Origin: Bacteroidales bacterium
GTDB taxonomy: Bacteria; Bacteroidota; Bacteroidia; Bacteroidales; Bacteroidaceae
Length of the DNA: 64,000 nucleotides
Assembly (NCBI GenBank): GCA_004555245.1
Contig: SFIS01000003.1
Coordinates: 11,306 to 75,305 of the forward strand
Reading direction: 5' to 3'
This document shows positions 17,026 to 26,906 of this stretch, one piece after another (positions within the stretch are counted from its first letter, which is position 1; each line of letters begins with the position of its first letter). A model generated the notes under the pieces. The model searched no databases and had not been told where the DNA came from. It saw only the letters and a list, made by a program, of their open reading frames with translations. The position numbers and the translations under genes are program-made.

Positions 17026-18018
17026 TTAGTTTTGTTTCTTTGCCGGCACTTCTCCGAAACGTTTCGGCTTGACGTACATGTTGATGAGCGGCGTGAATGC
17101 GTTCATGATAAGTATGGCGAACGACATTCCCTCCGGGTATGCGCCCCAGTTGCGAATGATGACCGTGAGAGCTCCGATGCTGATGCCGTAGATTACCTGT
17201 CCTTTTGGGCACATCGGTGATGTCACATAGTCTGTCGCCATGAAGATGGCTCCGAGCATCAGTCCGCCTGAGAGTATGACGTGGAGCGGCGATGCGTATG
17301 TCTGGCTGTCGCAGAGGTGCAGTGCGCCGGCAATGACGAATACTGTGAGAAGAATCGACACGGGAATGTGCCATGTGATGATTTTCTTCCAGAGCATATA
17401 TGCGAAGCCTATGAGCAGTGCTATGGCGCACACTTCTCCGACGGTGCCTCCGTTGTTGCCGACGAGCAGGTCAATTGACGACGGCAGCTGGTCGAGCACG
17501 TCCTCGCCCTTTATGGCGCGCTGCATTATGCTGAGTGGTGTGGCAGCTGTCGTGGCGTCGGTGTATGCTGTCAGCTGTCCGGGCACCGGCCATGATGTCA
17601 TGGCTGTGGGGAAGCTGACGAGGAGGAAGCATCTGCCGACGAGTGCGGGGTTGAAGGGGTTCTGCCCGAGGCCGCCGAATGTCATTTTACCCACGCCTAT
17701 AGCGACGAGTGCGCCTATGATGATGATCCATATCGGCAGGTTGCTGGGCAGGTTCATGCCAAGCAGCAGGCCGGTGAGAGCCGCCGAGCCGTCGCATACG
17801 GTGCAGCGGGTTGTCTTCAGCAGATATTTGCCTATAGCCCATTCGAAGAGCACGCACGCCACGACGCTTGTAGCGCAGACGATGGCGGAGCCTATGCCGA
17901 AGAAGTAGAAACTGGCAAGGAGTGCGGGGAGGAGGGCTATGATGACACCATACATGTTTCTTTCAACGGAATCGTTGCCGTGCGCATGTGGTGAGAGTGA
18001 AACTATTAGTTTTCCCAT
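17026..18018 (-). CDS. rnfD: Rnf subunit D
   Basis: SPHAH, FGGLGQNPFNPALVGR, TTAATPL, FMATDYVTSP. Confidence 0.95.
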   Translation of the reverse strand: MGKLIVSLSPHAHGNDSVERNMYGVIIALLPALLASFYFFGIGSAIVCATSVVACVLFEWAIGKYLLKTTRCTVCDGSAALTGLLLGMNLPSNLPIWIIIIGALVAIGVGKMTFGGLGQNPFNPALVGRCFLLVSFPTAMTSWPVPGQLTAYTDATTAATPLSIMQRAIKGEDVLDQLPSSIDLLVGNNGGTVGEVCAIALLIGFAYMLWKKIITWHIPVSILLTVFVIAGALHLCDSQTYASPLHVILSGGLMLGAIFMATDYVTSPMCPKGQVIYGISIGALTVIIRNWGAYPEGMSFAILIMNAFTPLINMYVKPKRFGEVPAKKQN

Positions 18019-18149
18019 TGTTTTGTTTGTTTGCTTTCGTAGGTTTTGTTTTTTTCCCGTAACGGGTGGTGTCTATTGACGTGTCCGTGTGCGGTTTTGT
18101 CATGGTGTGGCTTTATGGCAGTCACGGTGTCGTTCTGCCTCAGCCGCTG

Positions 18150-19502
18150 TCATTTCTTTGCGGCACGTGCGCGTATGATGCCCATGACGGTTGATTTGCC
18201 TAATCTGATGTTGTCGAGCATCGGTCTGTGGGATGGGCATGTGAACTGGCACGAGCCACACTCTATGCAGCTTGTGATGTCCTCTGCCTCCACTTTCTCC
18301 CATAGATGCTTTGCCGAGCAGGTGGCGAGCAGGAAGGGTTCAAGTCCCATAGGGCATACTCTGACGCATTTTCCGCATCTGATGCAGGGGTCGGGTTCTT
18401 TGCGGTGTGCGTCGTCGTCAGTGAGTACGGTGATGCAGTTCTGTCCTTTTCCTACGGGGACGTCGAGCGAGTTGACCGCCTTGCCCATCATCGGTCCTCC
18501 GGCGAGAATCTTGTTGTCGCCTTCGGGCAGTCCGCCGCAGAGTTCGATGAGCGATCCGAATGATGTCCCCATGCGCACGAGGAAGTTGCCGGGGTTCTTT
18601 ATGGCTTTTCCGGTTACGGTGGTGTATCTCTCAAACAGCGGCTTGTTCTTCATCACGGCTTCATAGACGGCGACTGCCGTGCCTGCGTTCTGCACTATGG
18701 CGCCGACGTTGACGGGAATGGCCGGAGGAGCGGGCACCTGCCTGTTGATTACGGCATCGACAAGCTGTTTCTCTCCGCCCTGCGGGTATTTCTTCTGCAG
18801 CGGCACCACCTCTATCTCCGGTGTGTCAGCCAGTTTCTGTGCGAGAAGTTCTATTGCTGCGGGTTTGTTGTCTTCAATGCCGATGTATCCTTTGTTGACT
18901 TTTGCGCCTTTCATGAGGATTTTCACGCCTTCGATCAGCTGGTCGGCCTTTTCCATCATGAGGCGGAAGTCGGATGTGATGTACGGTTCGCATTCCACAC
19001 CGTTGATGATGACACATTCAGCTTTTGCTCCCGGTGGCGGGCAAAGCTTGATAAATGTCGGGAAGCAGGCGCCGCCCATGCCTACCACTCCGGCTCGTTT
19101 GATGCGTTCAACGATTTCTTCCGGTGTGAGATCCGGATGGTCTGCGAGTCGTTCGAGTTTCTCCGAGCGGTCGATACTCTCTTCCCATTCGTCGCCCTCG
19201 ACTGCGATGGTGACAGCCGGTTTCAGGTATCCTGACGCGTCGATGGCATTGTCAACTTTCAGCACGGTTCCTGATACCGACGAAAAGACGGGAGCCGAGA
19301 CGAATCCTCCAGCTTCAGCAATCATTGTCCCCACCTTCACTTTGTCGCCTTTCTTCACGACGGGCTTTGCCGGCGCTCCGATATGCTGGCTCATGGGGAA
19401 CACCGCTTGTTTCGGCAGGGGTGCGGGTATGGTTATGGCATCGTTGGTGAGTTTGTTCTCGTCCGGATGGATGCCTCCTATTTTGAATGTTCTTGATTTC
19501 AT
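18150..19502 (-). CDS. rnfC: Rnf subunit C
   Basis: GGIHP, QHIGAPA, GVVGMGGACFPT, ECEPYITSD, YPQGGEKQL, two CxxCxxCxxxCP. Confidence 0.95.
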   Translation of the reverse strand: MKSRTFKIGGIHPDENKLTNDAITIPAPLPKQAVFPMSQHIGAPAKPVVKKGDKVKVGTMIAEAGGFVSAPVFSSVSGTVLKVDNAIDASGYLKPAVTIAVEGDEWEESIDRSEKLERLADHPDLTPEEIVERIKRAGVVGMGGACFPTFIKLCPPPGAKAECVIINGVECEPYITSDFRLMMEKADQLIEGVKILMKGAKVNKGYIGIEDNKPAAIELLAQKLADTPEIEVVPLQKKYPQGGEKQLVDAVINRQVPAPPAIPVNVGAIVQNAGTAVAVYEAVMKNKPLFERYTTVTGKAIKNPGNFLVRMGTSFGSLIELCGGLPEGDNKILAGGPMMGKAVNSLDVPVGKGQNCITVLTDDDAHRKEPDPCIRCGKCVRVCPMGLEPFLLATCSAKHLWEKVEAEDITSCIECGSCQFTCPSHRPMLDNIRLGKSTVMGIIRARAAKK

Positions 19503-19519
19503 AGTGTATGATTTAGTCA

Positions 19520-20503
19520 TTATGCTTCGGCCTTTGTCGTTTCAGCCTTTGCTTCTTCTGCCTTGTTCACGGCAGGTCTTGTTTTCTCCGTGTCAGCCGT
19601 TGTCATCTGGTTTCCGGCTGCGGCGGGTTTTGCGGCAGTCTCTGCAGCAGTCTTCGGTTTCAGCACGGGGAGAGGCCATGTGGCGATGATGGCGCCAGTC
19701 GGACACTCGCGCACGCACATTCCGCAGGCGCGGCATTTCTCCGGGTTGATGTACGAGAGGTTGTTTTCGATGGTGATGGCGTCGAACTTGCAGACTTTCT
19801 GGCACTTTCCGCATCCGATGCAGGCGGCCTGGCAGTTCTTGCGCGCTACGGCCCCTTTGTCCTTGTTGACGCATGAGACGAAGACGCGGTGAGGAATATC
19901 TTTTATCACCTTGCCCTTCGGTCTGATTTCGATGATGTGTCTCGGACACGCCTTGGCGCATGCCCCGCAGGATGTGCAAAGGTTCTCGTCCACTTCCGGC
20001 AGCCCTGTTTCAGCGTTGATGTTTATGGCTCCGAAAGCGCAAGCCGCCACGCAGTCTCCGCAACCGAGACATCCGTATCCGCATCCTGTCTCTCCTGCTC
20101 CGCAGCTGTTGACGGCAGTGCATGTCCTCAGTCCGTCGTATTCCACGGTTCTGGGCCGTTTGGCGAAGCATCCTCCGCATCTCACGACAGCAACCTTGGG
20201 TTCTGCCGCGGCGACGGCCATGCCGAGCAGGTCAGCCACTTTCGCCATGCACTCCTGTCCTCCTACAGGGCACATGAGGCCTTCTATCGAGCCTTTGTTC
20301 GCCCCTTTGATCAGTGCGTCCGCCATACCCGAACATCCGGGATAGCCACATCCGCCGCAGTTGGCGCCGGGCAGTGCGTCGAGGACAGCAGGCAGGCGGG
20401 GGTCTTCTTCAACAGCAAACTTCTTTGAGCAGACGTATAGCACAACGGCGGCTATAAGAGCGATGATGCCCAAGACGATTACTGCATTCAAGATAACATT
20501 CAT
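19520..20503 (-). CDS. rnfB: Rnf subunit B
   Basis: LPGANCGGCGYPGC and multiple 4Fe-4S motifs. Confidence 0.95.
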   Translation of the reverse strand: MNVILNAVIVLGIIALIAAVVLYVCSKKFAVEEDPRLPAVLDALPGANCGGCGYPGCSGMADALIKGANKGSIEGLMCPVGGQECMAKVADLLGMAVAAAEPKVAVVRCGGCFAKRPRTVEYDGLRTCTAVNSCGAGETGCGYGCLGCGDCVAACAFGAININAETGLPEVDENLCTSCGACAKACPRHIIEIRPKGKVIKDIPHRVFVSCVNKDKGAVARKNCQAACIGCGKCQKVCKFDAITIENNLSYINPEKCRACGMCVRECPTGAIIATWPLPVLKPKTAAETAAKPAAAGNQMTTADTEKTRPAVNKAEEAKAETTKAEA

Positions 20504-20577
20504 AGTGTTGTTTTTGATTAGTTAATAAGTTATTGTAATAGTATTTCTTTAAGGTGCGTATATATGAGACAACATCT

Positions 20578-21063
20578 TTACGGCAGGGGGTTCTTGTCCG
20601 TTTGCGGCTGTGTGCCGGTGTCTGTGATGCTGAAGACGATGACGTTCTGCAGTTTCCGCCTGAAGGCGTAGAGAGCGGCGTAATAGACGGCGAGTGCGCC
20701 AAGGCCTCCCAATGCTGCTACGATCTGGCTGTTTGTCTCGTCGAGCGGGCACGGGCCGTCGTGGGCGGTAAGCAGCAGTGTGGCTACGATGGTTGCCACG
20801 ACAACGGCGGTGGGCACTACGAAAGCGAGCAGCACCGCTGTCATACCCATTTTCTCTGACGCTTCTACAGTCACCGCATCGCCGATTGCGTAATGCGTGG
20901 CGACAGGCGAATAGACATCAATCGTCTTCACTTTGCTCTCTGAGGTGAGGCATTTCTCCGACAGCTTACAGGACAGGCAGGCCGACTTCTGTGTTATGCG
21001 CACAACGATGTGTTCGCCGTCGATGCTTTCTATCTTTCCTTCGTGTCTGATTTGCTGGCTCAT
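20578..21063 (-). CDS. rseC: SoxR-reducing system RseC family protein
   Basis: IRHEGKIESI...SACLSCKLSEKC plus two TM segments; first gene of the rnf operon. Confidence 0.8.
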   Translation of the reverse strand: MSQQIRHEGKIESIDGEHIVVRITQKSACLSCKLSEKCLTSESKVKTIDVYSPVATHYAIGDAVTVEASEKMGMTAVLLAFVVPTAVVVATIVATLLLTAHDGPCPLDETNSQIVAALGGLGALAVYYAALYAFRRKLQNVIVFSITDTGTQPQTDKNPLP

Positions 21064-21375
21064 CGTGTTGTTGCAGAGTTTGGATTCAAAGTTTTTTGTG
21101 TGTTTTGGCCGTTCGTGAAAAAGGGTGTATGATACGTATTTGTATCTTTTGTGCAAAATTAATAATATTTTCTCATATCCTGCTAATTTTTTAATAAATT
21201 TTACATATAATATTTGTATATTCATCGAACACGCAAAAATCCTATCATACGGGTGGTGCGGCTGACACTTTCTTGCACTCTACAGAATGTCAGAAAATCA
21301 TGTTTTCAGGTGCGGAAAATGCGGTTTGCGGTGTCGTCGGCAGTCTTCCGGCTTGTCATTTTGAGTGTTTTGGAG

Positions 21376-21463
21376 TGCAAGATAGTCAAAGTGAGGATGC
21401 AAGATTGACTTGTTGGCGATGCAAGACAGACTATTTGAGGCACTGATATTGACTGTTTTGGGG
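21376..21463. repeat. Degenerate 22-bp tandem array (4 units)
   Basis: TGCAAG at 21376, 21398 and 21420; a fourth unit at 21442 keeps ATTGACT in register. Confidence 0.65.
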
Positions 21464-21708
21464 GCATTTTTGCACGTTTTTTGACGAATGAAACATACAA
21501 ACAGGAAATCAGTTTTCGTATATCACGTTGATTGTCAACAACATAGCCGAAATATGGAAAAATTCGGAAGAACCGCCTAAAACCGTAGTCAGTGAGGCGC
21601 GACGTGTTTTGCGGCGGTTTTTCCGTGTCAAGAAAGTATCATGTGTGCCTTTTCCGGGGCGTGGTGTGATACTATTTTATCATGTTTTTCGAAAAATCGT
21701 AAGCTATA

Positions 21709-22284
21709 CTATTTGAAAGACGCCAGCTCTGAATAGATGCGTTGCACGGGCAGTCCCATGACGTTGAAGTAGGAGCCGACGAGTTTCTTCACCCCGACAT
21801 ATCCTATCCATTCCTGCACCCCGTACGCTCCGGCTTTGTCAAGAGGCTTGTATTTGGCGACGTAGTATTTTATCTGCTCGTCCGAGAGGTTGTCAAACTC
21901 TACGGTGGTGCGTACGCTGAAGGTTCTCGTTTTGGTTTTCGAGCGCAGGCAGACGCCTGTGATGACACTGTGTTCTTTGCCTGAGAGGTCTCTGAGCATC
22001 TGGCACGCCTCCGCTTCGTCGGCAGGTTTGCCCATCACTCTCCCTTCGAGAATCACTACGGTGTCGGCAGTCAGCACGATGTCGTTGTCGGATATATTCC
22101 TTACGTGAGGCTCGAGGAAGTAAGGCTCTGATTTCTTGCGTGATATGTATTCTGCTGTTTCTTCTGCTTTAAGCGTTTCGGGATATGATTCGTCGATGTC
22201 AGGTATGACCCATGTCCTGTATTCGATGTCCAGCCCTTTCAGCAGTTCTTTTCGTCTTGGCGAGTTGCTTGCGAGAATAATCAT
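21709..22284 (-). CDS. maf: Maf family nucleoside triphosphate pyrophosphatase
   Basis: ILASNSPRRKELL, TADTVV, DKAGAYGVQ, NVMGLP. Confidence 0.95.
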   Translation of the reverse strand: MIILASNSPRRKELLKGLDIEYRTWVIPDIDESYPETLKAEETAEYISRKKSEPYFLEPHVRNISDNDIVLTADTVVILEGRVMGKPADEAEACQMLRDLSGKEHSVITGVCLRSKTKTRTFSVRTTVEFDNLSDEQIKYYVAKYKPLDKAGAYGVQEWIGYVGVKKLVGSYFNVMGLPVQRIYSELASFK

Positions 22285-22339
22285 GTCTGTCGTGTGTTCT
22301 GAGTTGGAAAATGATTAGGTTGTGTATGACGTTGGGAGT

Positions 22340-22870
22340 TTATTGGAACTGTCCTATGTGTACGTTCTCCCATTTCAGTTTGTCGTCGCTCTGCGGCTTG
22401 CGCTCGTCGGCGGGATGTCCGAATGCTATGGCGCACAGCACGCGCTGGTTGTCGGGAATGTTGAGAATGCCGGCAATCACTTCGTTTGCTGTCGTGCCGT
22501 CTGTCAGTCCGCGTTTGTCAAACTGTGCCCAGCAGGAGCCCAGCCCCAGTTCCTCTGCCTGGTATTGCATTGATACAGAGGCGATGGCGGCATCTTCTAT
22601 CCAGCAGTCGTTGATGTCCGGACAGCCTGTCACGACAACGACGAGCGGAGCCCCTTTCAGAAACTGGCTTCCCATGTCCTTGGCGTCGGCAATCTTCTCG
22701 ATGGTCATCCTGTCTTCTACGACGACGAAATGCCACGACCTGTTTGACTTGCTTGTCGGAGACATCAGGGCGGCTCTGAGAATCAGCTTCACTGCCTCGC
22801 TGTCTATTTCCTCTGTTGTGAACTTGCGGTGCGACCGTCTGTTGGCTACGATGTTTTTGAATTCTGTCAT
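22340..22870 (-). CDS. Nitroreductase family protein
   Basis: RRSHRKF, SPTSKSNRSWHFVVV, AEELGLGSCW. Confidence 0.9.
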   Translation of the reverse strand: MTEFKNIVANRRSHRKFTTEEIDSEAVKLILRAALMSPTSKSNRSWHFVVVEDRMTIEKIADAKDMGSQFLKGAPLVVVVTGCPDINDCWIEDAAIASVSMQYQAEELGLGSCWAQFDKRGLTDGTTANEVIAGILNIPDNQRVLCAIAFGHPADERKPQSDDKLKWENVHIGQFQ

Positions 22871-23153
22871 GATGATGTGTCTTGTTTTATCTCGTTTAGG
22901 TGTTGTCGCTTTACAAAAAACGGTGCAAAGTTACAAATAAATATGAATATATGATGCATAAAGACTGTTGTTTCGCTTTTTTTTAGTAACTTTGCACGGT
23001 TTTATAGATTCTGTTGACGGGCTGGCAAGTTGGCGTGCTGGCAAGTTGGCGAGTTGGCGTGTTGACAGTAAAGCACATATTTATGCCTTGAAGAGGCAGG
23101 ACACTCAGCCCCGGGACACTCCCGTGGCAGGAGAAAAAAACATATTCTCGACA

Positions 23154-24179
23154 ATGGGGAAAAAGAAGAACAGTCGCCGCATGATGTACGTTTTCCTGAC
23201 GGCATGTGTGGTGTTGGCGGTGGCAGGATATTACGCCTGCTTCTCCGCCATGTCGAAAGACGGTGCAGATCATGACGTGTTTGTCGATGCCGACGACACG
23301 TCAGATTCAGTGATGGTGAAGGTTGATACGGTTAGCGGCACCTTGCAGATGGCCGTGTTCAGGACTCTGGCGGGTGTCGCCGGCTACGGCGCGCATGTCC
23401 GCACGGGCAGATACGTCATCGGTTCGGCGGGAGCCTTGCAGACGTTCCGCCGTTTCCGCAACGGCCAGCAGACGCCCGTGTCGCTCGTCGTGCCGTCGGT
23501 GAGGACCACGGACAGGCTGTCGGAAGAGCTGTGCCGGCATCTCATGATAGACAGCGGCCAGCTGCAGGCTCTGCTCTGCGACGAGGCTGTCTGCAAGTCA
23601 TACGGCAAGGACACGCTCACCATACAGTGCCTTTTCGTCCCCAACACCTACAGCGTCTATTGGAACATCAGTGCAGAGAAGCTCCTCGAGCGCATGAAGA
23701 AGGAGTATGACCGCTTCTGGAACGACGGGCGCAAGGCGAAGGCGGCAGGTGCACAGCTGACGCCCGACGAGGTGATGACACTGGCAAGCATCGTAGATGA
23801 GGAGACGGCGAACGACGCGGAGAAGCCTATGGTGGCGGGGATGTATATCAACCGCCTCCACTGCGGAATGCCGCTGCAGGCTGACCCTACGGTGAAGTAT
23901 GCGTGGAAACGCTTCGACCTGCGCCGCATCTACAACAACCTGCTCAGGATAGATTCGCCTTTCAACACCTACCGCTATGCCGGGCTGCCTCCCGGACCGA
24001 TACGCATACCGTCGGTGGCCGGCATAGATGCCGTGCTGAACTATGTCCACCACGACTATCTGTATATGTGCGCCAAGGAAGACTTCTCCGGCACGCACAA
24101 TTTCGCCGTCACCTATACCGAACATCTGAAGAATGCCGCCAGATATGCAGCGGCTCTCAACAAGCGCGGAATAAAATGA
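23154..24179 (+). CDS. mltG: Endolytic transglycosylase MltG
   Basis: TLASIVDEET, YINRL..GMPLQADPTV, SPFNTYRYAGLPPGPI. Confidence 0.92.
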   Translation: MGKKKNSRRMMYVFLTACVVLAVAGYYACFSAMSKDGADHDVFVDADDTSDSVMVKVDTVSGTLQMAVFRTLAGVAGYGAHVRTGRYVIGSAGALQTFRRFRNGQQTPVSLVVPSVRTTDRLSEELCRHLMIDSGQLQALLCDEAVCKSYGKDTLTIQCLFVPNTYSVYWNISAEKLLERMKKEYDRFWNDGRKAKAAGAQLTPDEVMTLASIVDEETANDAEKPMVAGMYINRLHCGMPLQADPTVKYAWKRFDLRRIYNNLLRIDSPFNTYRYAGLPPGPIRIPSVAGIDAVLNYVHHDYLYMCAKEDFSGTHNFAVTYTEHLKNAARYAAALNKRGIK

Positions 24180-26194
24180 TATCAGTTGAAAACCTTTTCG
24201 TAGAGTTCAGCGCCACGCCGTTGTACGACCATGTCTCGTTCGTCATCAACGACCGCGACCGCATAGCCCTTGTCGGCAAGAACGGTGCCGGCAAATCGAC
24301 GCTGCTGAAGATTCTGTGCGGCATACAGCAGCCGACGGGCGGCACCGTCGCCATACCCAACACCACCACGGTGGGCTATCTGCCGCAGGTGATGAAGCTG
24401 CAGGACGACACCACCGTGCGCGACGAGACGCGCAAGGCGTTCGCCGAAACCATCAGGATGGGCAGGAAACTCGAGGAGATGCAGCGCGAGATGGCTGAGC
24501 GGACTGACTACGAGACAGAAGACTATATGGCTCTCGTAGAGAGGTTCACGGCGTTGCACGAACGCTACCTCATGATGGGCGGCGAGCAGTACGAGGCGGT
24601 GATGGAACGCACGCTGCAGGGACTGGGCTTCGTGCGCAGCGACCTCGACCGACCAACCTCAGAGTTCTCCGGAGGATGGCGTATGCGCATCGAACTGGCA
24701 AAGATTCTGTTGCAGAAACCCGATGTGCTGCTGCTTGACGAGCCGACAAACCATCTCGACATCGAATCAATACAATGGCTCGAACAGTATCTTGCACAGG
24801 CACCGTGTGCCGTCGTTCTCGTATCGCACGACAGGGCGTTCATCAACAATGTCACGAACCGCACCATCGAAATCGTATGCGGCAGAATCGAGGACTACAA
24901 AGTGAAATACGACGAATATGTCGTGCTGAGAAAAGAACGCCGCGAACAGCAGATACGTGCCTACGAGAACCAGCAGAAGGAGATTGCCGACACAAAGGCG
25001 TTCATCGAACGCTTCAGGTATCAGGCTACGAAAGCCATACAGGTGCAGCAGCGCATGCGGCAGCTGGAGAAGATAGTGCCCATACACATCGACGAGGTGG
25101 ACAACTCGGCGTTGCGCCTGAAATTCCCGCCATGCCTCAGGTCAGGAGACTATCCCGTGATATGCGACGAGGTGGAGAAATCATACGACCATCTCGTCTT
25201 CCAGCATGTCAACCTCATCATCAAACGAGGCGAGAAAGTGGCGTTTGTAGGGAAAAACGGCGAGGGGAAATCAACACTCGTCAAGTGTATCATGAACCAG
25301 ATACCATACGGCGGTACGCTGAAAGTGGGGCATAACATACAAATCGGATATTTCGCACAGAACCAGGCGCAGATGCTCGACGACGAACTCACCGTCTTCC
25401 AGACCATAGACAATGTGGCGAGGGGAGAGGTGCGTCTGAGAATAAACGATATCCTCGGAGCCTTCATGTTCGGAGGTGAGGCGGCTGAGAAAAAGGTAAA
25501 GTTCCTTTCAGGCGGCGAACGCTCGCGCCTTGCCATGATACGCCTGCTGCTCGAACCCGTCAATTTCCTCATACTCGACGAGCCTACAAACCATCTCGAC
25601 ATGCAGTCGAAAGATGTCCTGAAAGACGCGATAAAGGCGTTTGACGGCACGGCTGTCATCGTCTCCCACGACCGTGAGTTCCTCGACGGACTCGTAGAGA
25701 AAGTATATGAATTCGGCGGAGGAAAAGTGAGGGAGTATCTCGGAGGCATATATGACTGGATAAGAAGTCATGAGAATCTCGCCCAAGCCGCGATGAGCCA
25801 GCCGTCGCAACCCGCGCAGGCAATGACGGCGAAGCAGGGCAGGGACAAGACAAAAGACGAGACTGGCAGAACGAACGACGCACAGACTGCCGGCAGAAGC
25901 AAGGCAGACCCTAAAGGCGACGCACAGCCGCTAACGGCAGAAGTGATGAACTATGCCGAGCGCAAGGAACGGCAGCGGCAGGCTTCCCGACTGCAGAAAC
26001 AGATTAAGGAGAGCGAAGACAGGATTGCACGCCTCGAAACGGAACTGCAGCGCCTCAACACCCTGCTCTGCGACCCGGCAAACGCGGCGGACATGAAACT
26101 CGTCAACGACTACACCGCGCAGCAGGCTGACCTCGACAAAGAGATGGAACGATGGGAATTGCTGTCTGAGAAATATGAGGAAGTGAAGATTTAG
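24176..26194 (+). CDS. ABC-F family ATP-binding protein
   Basis: Two ABC cassettes (GKNGAGKST/FSGGWRMR; GKNGEGKST/LSGGERSR), no TM segments; ATGA overlap with mltG. Confidence 0.92.
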   Translation: MISVENLFVEFSATPLYDHVSFVINDRDRIALVGKNGAGKSTLLKILCGIQQPTGGTVAIPNTTTVGYLPQVMKLQDDTTVRDETRKAFAETIRMGRKLEEMQREMAERTDYETEDYMALVERFTALHERYLMMGGEQYEAVMERTLQGLGFVRSDLDRPTSEFSGGWRMRIELAKILLQKPDVLLLDEPTNHLDIESIQWLEQYLAQAPCAVVLVSHDRAFINNVTNRTIEIVCGRIEDYKVKYDEYVVLRKERREQQIRAYENQQKEIADTKAFIERFRYQATKAIQVQQRMRQLEKIVPIHIDEVDNSALRLKFPPCLRSGDYPVICDEVEKSYDHLVFQHVNLIIKRGEKVAFVGKNGEGKSTLVKCIMNQIPYGGTLKVGHNIQIGYFAQNQAQMLDDELTVFQTIDNVARGEVRLRINDILGAFMFGGEAAEKKVKFLSGGERSRLAMIRLLLEPVNFLILDEPTNHLDMQSKDVLKDAIKAFDGTAVIVSHDREFLDGLVEKVYEFGGGKVREYLGGIYDWIRSHENLAQAAMSQPSQPAQAMTAKQGRDKTKDETGRTNDAQTAGRSKADPKGDAQPLTAEVMNYAERKERQRQASRLQKQIKESEDRIARLETELQRLNTLLCDPANAADMKLVNDYTAQQADLDKEMERWELLSEKYEEVKI

Positions 26195-26252
26195 CCTTCA
26201 TTATACATTATTATATATATAGGAGTTGCCTCGTCAACAAAAAAAACGAAAC

Positions 26253-26873
26253 ATGACAATAAACAGTTCAGAATACGTAATCAGTTCTCCCGTAGTGTCG
26301 ATGTGCCCGAAGGACAACAAGCCCGAATATGCCTTCATAGGGCGAAGCAACGTCGGGAAATCTTCGCTCATCAATATGCTGTGCCGGCATAAGAATCTCG
26401 CGAAGACCTCTTCCACACCCGGAAAGACACTACTCATCAACCATTTCATAATCAACAAAGAGTGGTATCTTGTCGATCTGCCCGGATATGGATTCGCAAA
26501 GCGTTCTAAAACCGTACAGAAGAAGATAGAGCAGATGGTGTCGAGCTATATCCTGCAGCGCGAACAGCTTGTATGCACGTTCGTGCTTATTGACATACGC
26601 CACGACCCCCAGCAGATAGACCGCGAGTTCATTGACTGGCTGGGAGAATCCGGCATCCCCTTCGCCATCATCTTCACGAAAGCCGACAAACTCTCTGTAC
26701 CCAAGGCTCGTGCCGCTGCAACGCAATGGATGGAGAAGATGACAGACAGATGGGAAGAACTCCCGCCCTTCTTCATCACGTCAGCAGAGAACGGAACGGG
26801 CAGGGATGACGTACTCGACTACATCGAAAGCATCAACCGCGAAATCTCCAACGGACAGGAAGGCAACAGCTGA
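26253..26873 (+). CDS. engB: Ribosome biogenesis GTPase YihA/YsxC
   Basis: [25 protein letters not shown]. Confidence 0.95.
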   Translation: MTINSSEYVISSPVVSMCPKDNKPEYAFIGRSNVGKSSLINMLCRHKNLAKTSSTPGKTLLINHFIINKEWYLVDLPGYGFAKRSKTVQKKIEQMVSSYILQREQLVCTFVLIDIRHDPQQIDREFIDWLGESGIPFAIIFTKADKLSVPKARAAATQWMEKMTDRWEELPPFFITSAENGTGRDDVLDYIESINREISNGQEGNS

Positions 26874-26906
26874 GAACACAACGATAACCATCTAACAGAC
26901 AAAAGC

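Noticed and set aside
22968..23153. Upstream ORF extensions of mltG, ABC-F (23903), DUF5103 (32852), asnA (40030), bamD (44039) and rseC (21225)
   Set aside because: They run through promoters, repeats or neighbouring genes; downstream ATGs fit the family N-termini better
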